Source of the DNA: an uncultured Ignavibacteriales bacterium
GTDB lineage: Bacteria > Zixibacteria > MSB-5A5 > GN15 > FEB-12
Assembly: GCA_964455535.1 (NCBI GenBank)
Contig: CAYVWS010000001.1
Span: 1 to 45,486, forward strand
DNA length: 45,486 nucleotides
Reading direction: 5' to 3'
This document shows, in pieces, positions 26,237 to 35,545 of this stretch (within the stretch, counting starts at the first letter, position 1; the number at the start of each line of letters is the position of its first letter). The position numbers and the translations under genes were made by a program. The notes beneath the pieces were generated by a model that saw only the letters and a list, made by a program, of their open reading frames with translations, had not been told where the DNA came from and did not search any database.

Positions 26237-27604
26237 CTACCTCGGCACTCGAATCGAGAAGGTCGTCCCTTTGCCCAGTTCGCTGTCGACGGAGACAGAG
26301 CCGTGGTGCGCGACCACGATATGCTTCACAATCGCAAGGCCTAATCCTGTCCCGCCGGCATCGCGGGAGCGAGATTTGTCGACTCGATAGAATCGCTCGA
26401 ATATCCGAGATAGATGCTCTTTCGGAATTCCCGGGCCATTGTCCTTCACACGAATGAAGACTTCGGCTAAGTCGGCAGTCGCTGCAACTTCGACGCGCGA
26501 ACCCGACGGAGAGTATTTGATCGCGTTATCAACCAGATTCACAACCGCTTGCTCTAAGAGGGCACCATTAGCGCGAACCGAAATCTCAACATGATTTTCA
26601 AAATGAAGGGTCACCTGCTTCGCGTTAGCCGCCTGTTCACACGCATGGAGTGCGGCATTGACCACAAACGGGATGCTCGTGTCAGCAAAAGCAATTTCGG
26701 CCCGCTCGACTCCCTGCTCGATGCGAGACAGTGAGAGCAGGTCGTCGATGATGGCGTTGAGACGGTCGGCCTGGCGTCGGACTGTCTCCAAAAATCGCTG
26801 ACGGTCTTCATCGGAAATGTCGGGAGTGCTCAGGATAGTTTCAATAAACCCTTTGATGCTCGTGATCGGCGTTTTGAGTTCGTGCGATACATTGGCCACA
26901 AAGTCGCGGCGCATCGTTTCGAGTTTGCGCAGAGTCGTGATGTCGTGAAGGACGAGAACTGCCGCTGCGGTACGTCCCTGGGAATCGCGAATCGGGCTAC
27001 CGAGCAGATGATAGTGACGGTCCCCCTCGCGCTCGATCAGCAGCTCCATATCAATCGGCTGGGTGGCCGACAAGGTTGCCGAGGCAAATTCCTGAAGGGC
27101 AGTGTTGCGAACCAGTTCGACAATGGTCTTGCCGCGAGAGCGCTTCATATCCAGATCGAAAAGAACCGCCGCCGCCGGATTGAGATTGACCAACCGGGCT
27201 TCGTGGTCGACAGTCAGGATACCGTCGGCCATTCCCGAGAGGGTAACTTCAAGCTCGTTGCGCTCCTTGAGAAGTTCCCAGCGCTGTTCTTCGAGGCGCA
27301 TTGCCATCACATTGAGGGCGTAGGCCAGATTTCCGAATTCTTCGATTGGATCGATGGTAATGCGATGAGTCAGTTCTCCCCCGCCGAATTGCCCCGCGCC
27401 GTATTGGATTTCTTTGAGCGGCTTGGTGAGTCGGCGAGTCAGTCCCGCAGCAATCAGCCAGCCGATGAGTATGGCGGCGCCGCCGCCGATAGCTACAGCG
27501 GTCCACGCATTGCCGCCGGACAAAAAGCCGATGACCAGACAGGCCGCGACTACAACTACTACTATGGCCGAGAACAATTGCGCGAAGAGCCGCGTGCCGA
27601 ACAT
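26237..27604 (-). CDS. phoR: Sensor histidine kinase, PhoR-like
   Basis: N-terminal TM segments, HAMP-like linker, PAS-like region, HisKA box FVANVSHELKTPITSIKGF, and ATPase boxes (VDNAIKYS, DNGPGIP, GTGLGLAIV). Adjacent to phoB and the pst genes. Confidence 0.85.
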   Translation of the reverse strand: MFGTRLFAQLFSAIVVVVVAACLVIGFLSGGNAWTAVAIGGGAAILIGWLIAAGLTRRLTKPLKEIQYGAGQFGGGELTHRITIDPIEEFGNLAYALNVMAMRLEEQRWELLKERNELEVTLSGMADGILTVDHEARLVNLNPAAAVLFDLDMKRSRGKTIVELVRNTALQEFASATLSATQPIDMELLIEREGDRHYHLLGSPIRDSQGRTAAAVLVLHDITTLRKLETMRRDFVANVSHELKTPITSIKGFIETILSTPDISDEDRQRFLETVRRQADRLNAIIDDLLSLSRIEQGVERAEIAFADTSIPFVVNAALHACEQAANAKQVTLHFENHVEISVRANGALLEQAVVNLVDNAIKYSPSGSRVEVAATADLAEVFIRVKDNGPGIPKEHLSRIFERFYRVDKSRSRDAGGTGLGLAIVKHIVVAHHGSVSVDSELGKGTTFSIRVPR

Positions 27605-27606
27605 TC

Positions 27607-28293
27607 TTATTCTTTCATCTTATAGCCGACGCCGCGCACAGTCTCAATGAGCGTGCCGCTGTCGCCAAGCTTTTTGCGCAGACCGACAATCTGGACATCG
27701 ATCGAGCGGTCGGTCACGTACGCTTCGTCGCCGCGAATTTCATTGAGTATCTGTTCACGCGAGAAGACCCAGCCGGGACGGCGCGCCAGCAGATACAGGA
27801 TCTGAAATTCAGAGAGGGTGAGCGAGGCCGAGTGACCGTCGACGATGACTTCGTGGCGGCCAGGATGGATGGTCAATTCGTGCAGTTTCAGAGGCGCTTT
27901 TTCATCGGAGGTCGCTTTGTTCTTGCGACGAAGTACCGCCCGTACCCGCGCGATCAGGACTTTGGGTGAAAATGGCTTGACGATATAATCCTCGGCGCCG
28001 ACCTCAAGGCCGGTCACGATGTCCGACTCTTCCCCTTTGGCGGTCAGCATGATGACCGGAATGTGCGCCGTCTTGGATTCCGCCTTGAGGGTTTTGCAAA
28101 CCTCGAGGCCGTCGATTTCGGGGAGCATGAGGTCGAGCAGAACAAGCGACGGCGACTCTGATCGCGCCAGCTTGAGCCCCATCTCGCCGGATACGGCCGA
28201 TGTGATTTTGTATCCTTCGCGAGCCAAGTTGAATCGGATAAGTTCGAGAATATCCCCTTCGTCTTCAATCACGAGAATATGCTCTTTGGCCAT
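27607..28293 (-). CDS. phoB: OmpR-family response regulator, PhoB-like
   Basis: Receiver domain (ILVIEDEGDI...LVLLDLMLPEIDGLEVC...MLTAKG) plus a winged-helix output domain (LTLSEFQILYLLARRPGWVFSREQIL...VDVQIVGLRKKL...IETVRGVGYKM). Confidence 0.9.
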   Translation of the reverse strand: MAKEHILVIEDEGDILELIRFNLAREGYKITSAVSGEMGLKLARSESPSLVLLDLMLPEIDGLEVCKTLKAESKTAHIPVIMLTAKGEESDIVTGLEVGAEDYIVKPFSPKVLIARVRAVLRRKNKATSDEKAPLKLHELTIHPGRHEVIVDGHSASLTLSEFQILYLLARRPGWVFSREQILNEIRGDEAYVTDRSIDVQIVGLRKKLGDSGTLIETVRGVGYKMKE

Positions 28294-28360
28294 ACTTAGT
28301 CCTTCCGCCTGTCAAATATACGGTTTTCGTGTCGTTCGCCAAAGAGAGTAACTAAGAAAC

Positions 28361-28399
28361 TGTTAGGTTGGTGTTAACATAAGGCACGAAATGAGTTAG
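28361..28399 (-). promoter_or_regulatory. Candidate Pho box upstream of phoB
   Basis: Minus-strand reading: CTAACT (28399..28394), TTAACA (28377..28372), CTAACA (28366..28361), with starts 22 and 11 nt apart. The word CACCAACCTAACA matches CACCAACC(CC)TAACA upstream of pstC. Confidence 0.4.
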
Positions 28400-28441
28400 A
28401 AGCGAGGGGACGGAAAGAACAGGGCCGGTTCTATCTTATTT

Positions 28442-28918
28442 TCAGGCAACGATCTCCACCCAGTTGCGGGCGGGGAAAATGTCGAGTTCTTCGGCGACGT
28501 CGTCAATCGCGCGAACAAGATTTCGCCAGGTCACTTTGCGTTTGGCAGCGGCGGCCGGAAGCCACTCGTATTCGCTGTTTTCAGACGAAAGAGTAACCCG
28601 CGCGGTCGAGGGAACAACCACGGCTATCACCGGCAAAATCCAGATCTTGTCGTATTCGGGTTCGTAGAATTGCACCAGATACTCGGTCGCCCACATCGAC
28701 TGGGGCTTGAGCCCTGTTTCTTCTTCGAGTTCGCGGACCACTAACTGGGCGACGGATTCATTCCCCTGTTTGCTGCCGGTCATGAATCCCCAACAGCCGC
28801 CGTACGATTCGGCTTCGGCCCGCCGCAGAATCAAAAACTTCCAGCCGTCGTCGTCTTTTTTGACGACCGCCACATTCACACCCGGTGATTCGATCGCAAT
28901 GTTTGGTCGCAGGGTCAT
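28442..28918 (-). CDS. NUDIX hydrolase
   Basis: Nudix box GSKQGNESVAQLVVRELEEETGL (G-x5-E-x7-REUxEExGU). Start set at ATG 28918; the ORF-track start at 28975 is TTG. Confidence 0.85.
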   Translation of the reverse strand: MTLRPNIAIESPGVNVAVVKKDDDGWKFLILRRAEAESYGGCWGFMTGSKQGNESVAQLVVRELEEETGLKPQSMWATEYLVQFYEPEYDKIWILPVIAVVVPSTARVTLSSENSEYEWLPAAAAKRKVTWRNLVRAIDDVAEELDIFPARNWVEIVA

Positions 28919-28999
28919 ATCTCTTCTTTGGTAGGTTGTGCCGAGAGAATGTAACGATTGAAAAATTGGAGGCAATGTAAAACGTCGCGCCCTATCCGC

Positions 29000-30193
29000 C
29001 TACTTGAGAAGCACCATCTGGCGGACAGCAGTAAATTCGTCGGACACCAGTCGATAGAAATAGACACCCGAAGCGGCGACATGTCCGCTTTCGGTGCGGC
29101 CGTTCCACTCGACAATTCTCTCCCCTGCGGGGACCGTTTCATCGACCAGTGTCTTCACTCGTTCACCCAGCACATTGTAGACATCGATTCGGACCGCAGA
29201 ACGCTTCGGCAGCGAAAACTTGATGCGCGTGGTCGGATTGAACGGGTTGGGATAATTCTGGCCCAGCCGAAAAGTACTCGGTAAGCCATCCTCGTCGTCT
29301 TCGACTGCCGTCGGCCCCAGATAATAGTACACGCCCAGATCCGACACTGAGCCGTCGGGGTCGTTAAAAAACGGGTTGGCATCACCGGCGTCTATGCACG
29401 GAGATCCTGCCTGAAGGTGATAGTCTCCGTTTTGGGGATCGACGAACATCGGGTCGCCGTGCACGACGTGCGGCCCTTCCCGGTAACCGCTGTCGGACGG
29501 CAGACCGTTATTCCAGACGCAGGTGTAGTCGAACTGGCCGATATATCCGCGCACTGCCCAGCCGGTCATGTTTGACAGGATGCAGTTGCGGACCTCTGCG
29601 CCGGCGTTGTACGCATAGATACCCAGCTCGCAACGATCGATCGTACAGTTGAGCATCGTGATATCACCGCCCTGCACCTGAATAGTCGGGCCGCCGGTGT
29701 TGTTGTAGAAGAGGCAGCGACGAAACGACGGGCCGTCATCGCGGACCTGTACCACCGTGACGCCATGATTATCTCTGATAATGCAATCCTTGATAACCGG
29801 ACTGGCAAGTTTGTTCATCCGGAATACTCTGACCGAGTCGGTCACCGCGCCGACATTGTACCCCGTAATCGTGAAACCTTCTACCAGACAGTTTCCGGTC
29901 TCGCTATTAATGCAGGTGATCACCGGGGCGAAATCGTCGGCCGGCATGAGAAATGTCTGTTCGGGTCCCGCCTCGCTTTTCAGGACGAACTGCTTGCCGA
30001 TAAAATTGATATTTTCGTGCCAAATTCCGGGGGCCACCAAAATCGTGTCCCGATCCCCCACCCACAAGATCGCTTTTTGAATAGTGGTGTACCGTGGATC
30101 GGGCATGTGAATGACATCGCCGATAGCTGAAGTCGCCCCCAAAGCGATCACGCCTACAAGCAGCACGGAACATAGGCGAGTGAGCGGATTCAT
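29000..30193 (-). CDS. Secreted right-handed beta-helix repeat protein with a T9SS-type C-terminal sorting domain
   Basis: Signal peptide MNPLTRLCSVLLVGVIALGATSAIG (ATG 30193). Repetitive beta-helix-like middle (NCxI..N turns). C-terminal tail FRLGQNYPNPFNPTTRIKFSLP...VYNVLGERV...SGVYFYRL is typical of Por/T9SS C-terminal domains. Confidence 0.8.
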   Translation of the reverse strand: MNPLTRLCSVLLVGVIALGATSAIGDVIHMPDPRYTTIQKAILWVGDRDTILVAPGIWHENINFIGKQFVLKSEAGPEQTFLMPADDFAPVITCINSETGNCLVEGFTITGYNVGAVTDSVRVFRMNKLASPVIKDCIIRDNHGVTVVQVRDDGPSFRRCLFYNNTGGPTIQVQGGDITMLNCTIDRCELGIYAYNAGAEVRNCILSNMTGWAVRGYIGQFDYTCVWNNGLPSDSGYREGPHVVHGDPMFVDPQNGDYHLQAGSPCIDAGDANPFFNDPDGSVSDLGVYYYLGPTAVEDDEDGLPSTFRLGQNYPNPFNPTTRIKFSLPKRSAVRIDVYNVLGERVKTLVDETVPAGERIVEWNGRTESGHVAASGVYFYRLVSDEFTAVRQMVLLK

Positions 30194-30255
30194 GGCAGGG
30201 CAATATATCCCCCAATCAAAGCGACCGCAAGTCCGCCGCACGCAGCGCGCAAAGT

Positions 30256-31101
30256 CTACGCCAGGCGAAGATTATCGATTAGCCGAACCCCGTGTAATCG
30301 GACCGCCAGCGAACAGACCACGCCTTTACGAACGACACCGACCGGCTCAAGCGATTCAAAATCGGTGAAGGCGATATAGTCGATAGTTGCGGATGGCGCG
30401 GTTCCCGAGATGACCGCCCGCATTTCGCGCTCGATAACCCGAGTCTTGCGCAGTCCCGCCTGCACCATGAACTGAGCTGTCACGAGAGATCGGTAGAGGC
30501 AAATCGCCTCGGCCCGTGCCTTCGGATTGAGATATTTGTTTCGCGATGATAGCGCTATTCCGTCGGTTTCGCGGACCGTGGGCCCGACGATGAATCTGAC
30601 CGGGTAGCCCAGATCGCGCGACATTTTTCGAAGCACCACCGACTGCTGGAAATCTTTCATGCCGAATACAACGACATCGGGCCGACAGATGTTAAACAGC
30701 TTGGCGACTATAGTCGTCACGCCCTTGAAATGCGTCGGGCGAATTTTCCCTTCGAGGGTTGTGGTGAGCGATGCGACATCAACCCAGGTTTGGAAATCCT
30801 TCGGATAGATTTCTTTCGCCGATGGAACGAAGACGATTTCTCCTCCTGCCGATCGAATCTTGCGGATATCCCCTTTTTCGTCGCGGGGGTATTTCTTTAG
30901 ATCTTCTTTTGGGCCGAATTGAGTAGGATTGACAAAGATTGTCGTGATCACAACATCAGCGTGGCGCTTTGCCAGCCGAATCAGCGACAGATGCCCTTCA
31001 TGCAGAAAGCCCATCGTCGGGACCAGACCTATTTTCTTCCCTTCGCCGGCTAAGCGGCGCGCAAGACGCTGCATCTTTTCGACTGATCGGACTATCTGCA
31101 T
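30256..31101 (-). CDS. panC: Pantoate--beta-alanine ligase
   Basis: IGLVPTMGFLHEGHLSLIRLAKRH and VTTIFVNPTQFGP motifs. Its ATG directly abuts the stop of the upstream membrane protein gene (TAAATG). Confidence 0.95.
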   Translation of the reverse strand: MQIVRSVEKMQRLARRLAGEGKKIGLVPTMGFLHEGHLSLIRLAKRHADVVITTIFVNPTQFGPKEDLKKYPRDEKGDIRKIRSAGGEIVFVPSAKEIYPKDFQTWVDVASLTTTLEGKIRPTHFKGVTTIVAKLFNICRPDVVVFGMKDFQQSVVLRKMSRDLGYPVRFIVGPTVRETDGIALSSRNKYLNPKARAEAICLYRSLVTAQFMVQAGLRKTRVIEREMRAVISGTAPSATIDYIAFTDFESLEPVGVVRKGVVCSLAVRLHGVRLIDNLRLA

Positions 31102-32235
31102 TTACTTGTCGATGGAGCTGTCCGGTAAAATCTCGGCGCCGGTTTGTTCTTCTTCATGAAATAGCGGCTTCTCTCCAGAGAGATCGTGGCGGTCTTTCGA
31201 TTTGCGAATGCCGGCGTAGGTATACACTTGGGCCGCGGCAATTGACGCCATGAAATACCCGATGATGGCCGCGAAGATAACAAACAGCATCAGCGCCACC
31301 AGATGCGCCGCAATGCCGCCGCCGGACGGGCCGGTGAGTTGGTCGAAATCGAATGACCAGCGCACACCGGGGAAGACATTGAAGAAGAATTTGAAGAATC
31401 GCGCTTCGGTCGGCAGAAGAGAAAATCCGGCGCCGACCAGACGTCGGACTTTTTCGCCGCCGCCGATCGAGGTCGCGAAGACCATGAATTCTATCGCGCG
31501 ATACGAAAAATAGGCAAACACAAAGGTCGCAATTTTGGAGAGCGCTCCGGAGACGAATGTGTAGCCGATCCAGCGCGACGGCTGCCGGATGATTGTCGAA
31601 AATGTTTCCAGAATGACGCCGAACGACTCTTTCCCCCGGTCGGCCGCCGCGACCGCCGGAAGAAGCAGAACCCCGATCACCGCGACAAACAGGATGAACA
31701 CGGCGAACAGCGCGATGATGAAATTCGGAATGACAAAGAAGATCGCAAAGAGCAGGTCACCGAGCACCGGAATGCGCACAATTAGCCCGAAGAGGGTGAA
31801 CAGCAGCACGACAAAGCCGACAAACACCGCCAGCGCGGCCACCGCCGACAATAACTGCCGAAAGCGACTGCGCACAAATCCGAGTGCCTTGCGTGGAGAC
31901 ATAAAGGCATTGCCGCGAATCGCCTCGACATGGATGATCGATACCGCAGTCAAGCCGCACATGATACAGAGCACGCCGCCGGCAATACCGACGGCATACA
32001 AAAGCTGCGCCAGGATGCGCCCTTGCGGCGGCGAGTCGAACGGGAAAAATCCGTAGAGATCGAAGACAAGGCCGAGATTCTCGCCTTGTTCCAGATACGC
32101 CAGATACCTAAAGAAGTCGTAGACCAGCAACCCGGCAATCAGCGAGACGGTCGCCAGCAAAATCTGTTTGGCGGAAAGCCCGCGCGCGGGGGCCTGAACG
32201 GCATCGAGGATATTGTAAAACGGCCGGGCGATCAT
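31102..32235 (-). CDS. Polytopic membrane protein of unknown function
   Basis: About 8 hydrophobic segments and an acidic C-terminal tail. No family recognised. Coding is supported by length, orientation and tight coupling to panC. Confidence 0.7.
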   Translation of the reverse strand: MIARPFYNILDAVQAPARGLSAKQILLATVSLIAGLLVYDFFRYLAYLEQGENLGLVFDLYGFFPFDSPPQGRILAQLLYAVGIAGGVLCIMCGLTAVSIIHVEAIRGNAFMSPRKALGFVRSRFRQLLSAVAALAVFVGFVVLLFTLFGLIVRIPVLGDLLFAIFFVIPNFIIALFAVFILFVAVIGVLLLPAVAAADRGKESFGVILETFSTIIRQPSRWIGYTFVSGALSKIATFVFAYFSYRAIEFMVFATSIGGGEKVRRLVGAGFSLLPTEARFFKFFFNVFPGVRWSFDFDQLTGPSGGGIAAHLVALMLFVIFAAIIGYFMASIAAAQVYTYAGIRKSKDRHDLSGEKPLFHEEEQTGAEILPDSSIDK

Positions 32236-32303
32236 AGTGTAATTAGATTGGCTGGTGAAACAATGTCAACTCTTATACAAGCGACCTTTGGAATCGCCGA
32301 ATG

Positions 32304-33299
32304 CTATATATGAAATTCGACTATGTCGCCGTCAGATAAGACGAAGTCGGCCTGCACCCGCTGGCCCTCGAATTTTCCCGGTCCCCAGACCCTCGCAAAC
32401 TTGAGCTTGGCGGCGAACTCCTTGTGAATTGCGGTGGCCGCCTCAGCCACCGTCCCGCCGATCGACAACACGACCGGCGACTCGAGTTTGGCTTCTTGTC
32501 CGACTTGCTTGGTGTACACGCGCATTATTTTCAGGATGTCGAATACGGCGCGACGAAACGAGGCGAGACTAGTGTCGTCGAGCAATGATGTCGGCACAAG
32601 CGACGCATTCGGCATAAGCTGCTTCCATTGCGACAGATCAGAACTGTCATCGGATTCGAGAGCTTTGTGCAGGGTTAGGATTGTCCGCTTGTGAATAAAG
32701 CGAATGTCATCAGTAACCGGATCATCGGCCGCCCCCATGAGAATTTTCTTTTCGCGAAGCTGTTCCACGATGTAACTGACGGCTTCAACCCCGGCCGGAT
32801 CGGAAGCGTCGCCGACCAGTGCGACCACATCGGCGTTTCTTGTCAAGTTGATCAGATATGTCTCAAACGACTCGTGGGAAATGGGCGGTGTGTCGATCAG
32901 TTGAAACTGGATAGTCTCAAAGGCCATCATTCCGGCCATTGGTTCGCGGGTTGAATAGGGATAGTCGGCAATCAGCGGTTTGGCGTGCGTCAGCGCGCCC
33001 AAGAGTGACGACTTCCCGCTATTGGGCGGTCCGATCAGGATGACTTGTCCGGCCCCTTCTTTGACGATGTGATCGTGCGGCGAAACATGCCCGCCGACAT
33101 GTGCGTGAGTCTGTTGCTCAAGGTCCTTTTTGAGCTTCGAGATTTTGGTTTTCATGTCGGCCTGGAGCTTATCGGTCCCCTTGTGCTTGGGCATCATCGT
33201 CAGAAGCTCTTCGGCCATGCGGAGTTTTTCGCGCGTATCACGCTCGGCCCGGAATTGGCGCTCGAGTTCGTAGTATTGCGGCGGCAGATTGGCAGGCAT
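32304..33299 (-). CDS. DRG/Obg-superfamily GTPase-like protein with a C-terminal TGS domain
   Basis: - DRG-like N-terminal helix (KHKGTDKLQADMKTKISKLKKDL).
- G1 GPPNSGKS (33009..33032) and the G2 region YPYSTREP.
- The G3 position reads DTPP (32883..32894).
- TGS-like C-terminus (VYTKQVG...IHKEFAAKLKFARVWGPGKFEGQRV...DGDIVEF).
Start set at ATG 33299. Confidence 0.8.
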   Translation of the reverse strand: MPANLPPQYYELERQFRAERDTREKLRMAEELLTMMPKHKGTDKLQADMKTKISKLKKDLEQQTHAHVGGHVSPHDHIVKEGAGQVILIGPPNSGKSSLLGALTHAKPLIADYPYSTREPMAGMMAFETIQFQLIDTPPISHESFETYLINLTRNADVVALVGDASDPAGVEAVSYIVEQLREKKILMGAADDPVTDDIRFIHKRTILTLHKALESDDSSDLSQWKQLMPNASLVPTSLLDDTSLASFRRAVFDILKIMRVYTKQVGQEAKLESPVVLSIGGTVAEAATAIHKEFAAKLKFARVWGPGKFEGQRVQADFVLSDGDIVEFHI

Positions 33300-33342
33300 G
33301 AGTGTATGTATACTGCGCCGCGCGGCGCGGCACAATAGCGGA

Positions 33343-34497
33343 CTAACGGGCGTGACGCTTCAGAATGCGAACCAATGTCGTACTGATTCGGTCGATATCA
33401 GCCGGTTTCAACAGCGGATAGAGCGGCAGCGAAATGACCGACTGTCCGGCCGCGTCGGCGTTGGTTAGTTTCTGACGGTGCAGGTTGTATTTTTTGGCAA
33501 AACCGAGGGTGTGGATAGGACGGTAGTGCAGACTGCAGCCGATTCCTTCGCGTGACAATTCGTCGACAATCTGATTTCGATCGACGCGGATTGCATCCAG
33601 GTTGAGACGCACTATGAATAGGTGCCAGGCATGGTGATAGTCGGCCTTCAGTTGGGGTGTGCGCACCAGCTCTTCGGCCGTCGACAAATTGCGAATGTAT
33701 CGAAGCGCGAGCCGTTCGCGGGTTTGCTGATTCGATGCAAAGGCGGACAACTCGCCAAGACCCACCGCGGCGAGAATATCAGAGATATTCGCCTTGAATC
33801 CTTGTTCGGTAACATCGTACGACCAGGAACCCGATGTGCGTCGTTCGTAGGCCGAGGCAGTCATGCCGTGCTTTGACCAGCGCCGAATCTGATCGATTAT
33901 CTTCGCATCACGACTGACCACCATCCCGCCTTCGCCGCAGGTAAGATTCTTGGTCGCGTGAAAAGAGTAGATAGACAGGTCAGCATACTGGGGAATAGAC
34001 TTTCCTCGAATGGTCGCCCCGAGGGCGTGCGCCGAATCAGCGATAAGCATTATCTTGTGACGTGCCGCGACGCGCGAAATTTTCGGATAATCGCAGGGAA
34101 ATCCGGCGAGATCGACGGTCAGGATTGCTTTGGTTTTCTTGGTAATGCGAGACTCAATCAGCTTGGGATCGATATTGAGCGATCCCGGATCGATATCGAC
34201 AAAAACCGGTCGCGCTCCGAGATTGATGATCGACTCGACTCCGGCCACGAATGTAAACGGGGTGGTGATGACTTCCGTCCCCGGCCCGACTCCCGCCGCC
34301 CGCAGAGCCAAAGTGATTCCCGATGTCGCCGAGTTGACGGCTACGGCGTTCTTCACTCCCACCAGTTTTCCGATTTCCTGTTCGAATTTGGTCGCAACCG
34401 ATCCGGTGGTCAGCCAGCCGGATTTGAGGACCCGGCTTACGCCGCGCAAAGTGGCGGGGGTTAGTTTCAAATCGCAGAAGGGAATTTTCTTAGGCAT
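33343..34497 (-). CDS. DegT/DnrJ/EryC1/StrS-family PLP-dependent sugar aminotransferase
   Basis: VAVNSATSGITLALRAAGVGPGTEVITTPFTFVA and SFHATKNLTCGEGGMV (PLP Lys). Confidence 0.9.
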   Translation of the reverse strand: MPKKIPFCDLKLTPATLRGVSRVLKSGWLTTGSVATKFEQEIGKLVGVKNAVAVNSATSGITLALRAAGVGPGTEVITTPFTFVAGVESIINLGARPVFVDIDPGSLNIDPKLIESRITKKTKAILTVDLAGFPCDYPKISRVAARHKIMLIADSAHALGATIRGKSIPQYADLSIYSFHATKNLTCGEGGMVVSRDAKIIDQIRRWSKHGMTASAYERRTSGSWSYDVTEQGFKANISDILAAVGLGELSAFASNQQTRERLALRYIRNLSTAEELVRTPQLKADYHHAWHLFIVRLNLDAIRVDRNQIVDELSREGIGCSLHYRPIHTLGFAKKYNLHRQKLTNADAAGQSVISLPLYPLLKPADIDRISTTLVRILKRHAR

Positions 34498-35545
34498 GTC
34501 TTATCAGTCTTTCGTAGAGATCGCACATCAGATCAAGAGACTTTTCCCATTGGTATTTTTCAATCACAAAGTTCCGTCCGGCGTTGCCCATGCGCAACAT
34601 AAGCTCACGGTCGGACGCAAGCTTGACGATGGCCGAGGCCAACGCGTCGATATCACCCGGCTTTACAAGAATGCCAGTCTTGCCATCGCACACGACTTCG
34701 GGAATGCCGCCGACATTCGACGCGATCACCGGGCGAGCGCAGGCGGCGGCTTCCAATGCCGCCACTCCGAATGATTCCATGCGCGAGGGCATCGCTAAGA
34801 TATGGTGATTCGAAAGATAGTCCACAACTTGTTCTCGGGTGAGATAGCCGGGGAAATCGACGGCGTTCGAAATCCCGAGCTCCTCAAGTAGCGCTTTGAG
34901 CGCGGCCTCCATCGGGCCGCTTCCGGCCAGCGACAGACGAAGATCCGGCACGCGTGTACGGGCTTTGGCAAAGGCCTCGACAAGAGTATCGGGACCGTAA
35001 ATCGGACGGTGTTCTTTGAGGAAGCAAACTTTCACCGGACCCAAAGGAAGCGGTTTGGTTTCGGCCGGGGGCGTGATGCCGAACGGAATGACCGATGTCT
35101 TGCTGGCAATGCCCGGAGTTACGGCGAGCGCCGCCTGCTTAAGGAACTCCCCGGTCGCACACACCCAATCGGCGCGGTTGAGTGTGCGCTGTACCAGCCA
35201 TTTTTCGATTCCGCTCACCCCGATTACGTCTGATCCCCAGACCGACACAATAGTCGGCCGATGACCAATCAATTGTGTCCAGAGGCCGAAACCGGACGCA
35301 TAGTGGCAGTGAACGATATCCGGCTTGTGTGCCCGGACATCGTTTGTGGCTCGCAGGGAGTACTTCAGATACGCGCCTTTTGAGCCCCGTGGATATACAA
35401 TTGTTTCGATACCGGGAATCGGGGCGCCGCCGACCGACACGACGATAATTTCATACCCGCGCGCGACAAGTCCGGTTGCCCAGCGTTGTATATGGGTGGA
35501 GTCAGCCCAGCCAAGTAGTACGATCCGCCCGCGCGCCATGGTCAT
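34490..35545 (-). CDS. Glycosyltransferase family 4 (GT-B)
   Basis: C-terminal E-x7-E-type region SRMESFGVAALEAAACARPVIASNVGGIPEVVCDGKTGILV. Overlaps its neighbours by 4 and 8 nt. Confidence 0.9.
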   Translation of the reverse strand: MTMARGRIVLLGWADSTHIQRWATGLVARGYEIIVVSVGGAPIPGIETIVYPRGSKGAYLKYSLRATNDVRAHKPDIVHCHYASGFGLWTQLIGHRPTIVSVWGSDVIGVSGIEKWLVQRTLNRADWVCATGEFLKQAALAVTPGIASKTSVIPFGITPPAETKPLPLGPVKVCFLKEHRPIYGPDTLVEAFAKARTRVPDLRLSLAGSGPMEAALKALLEELGISNAVDFPGYLTREQVVDYLSNHHILAMPSRMESFGVAALEAAACARPVIASNVGGIPEVVCDGKTGILVKPGDIDALASAIVKLASDRELMLRMGNAGRNFVIEKYQWEKSLDLMCDLYERLIRHA

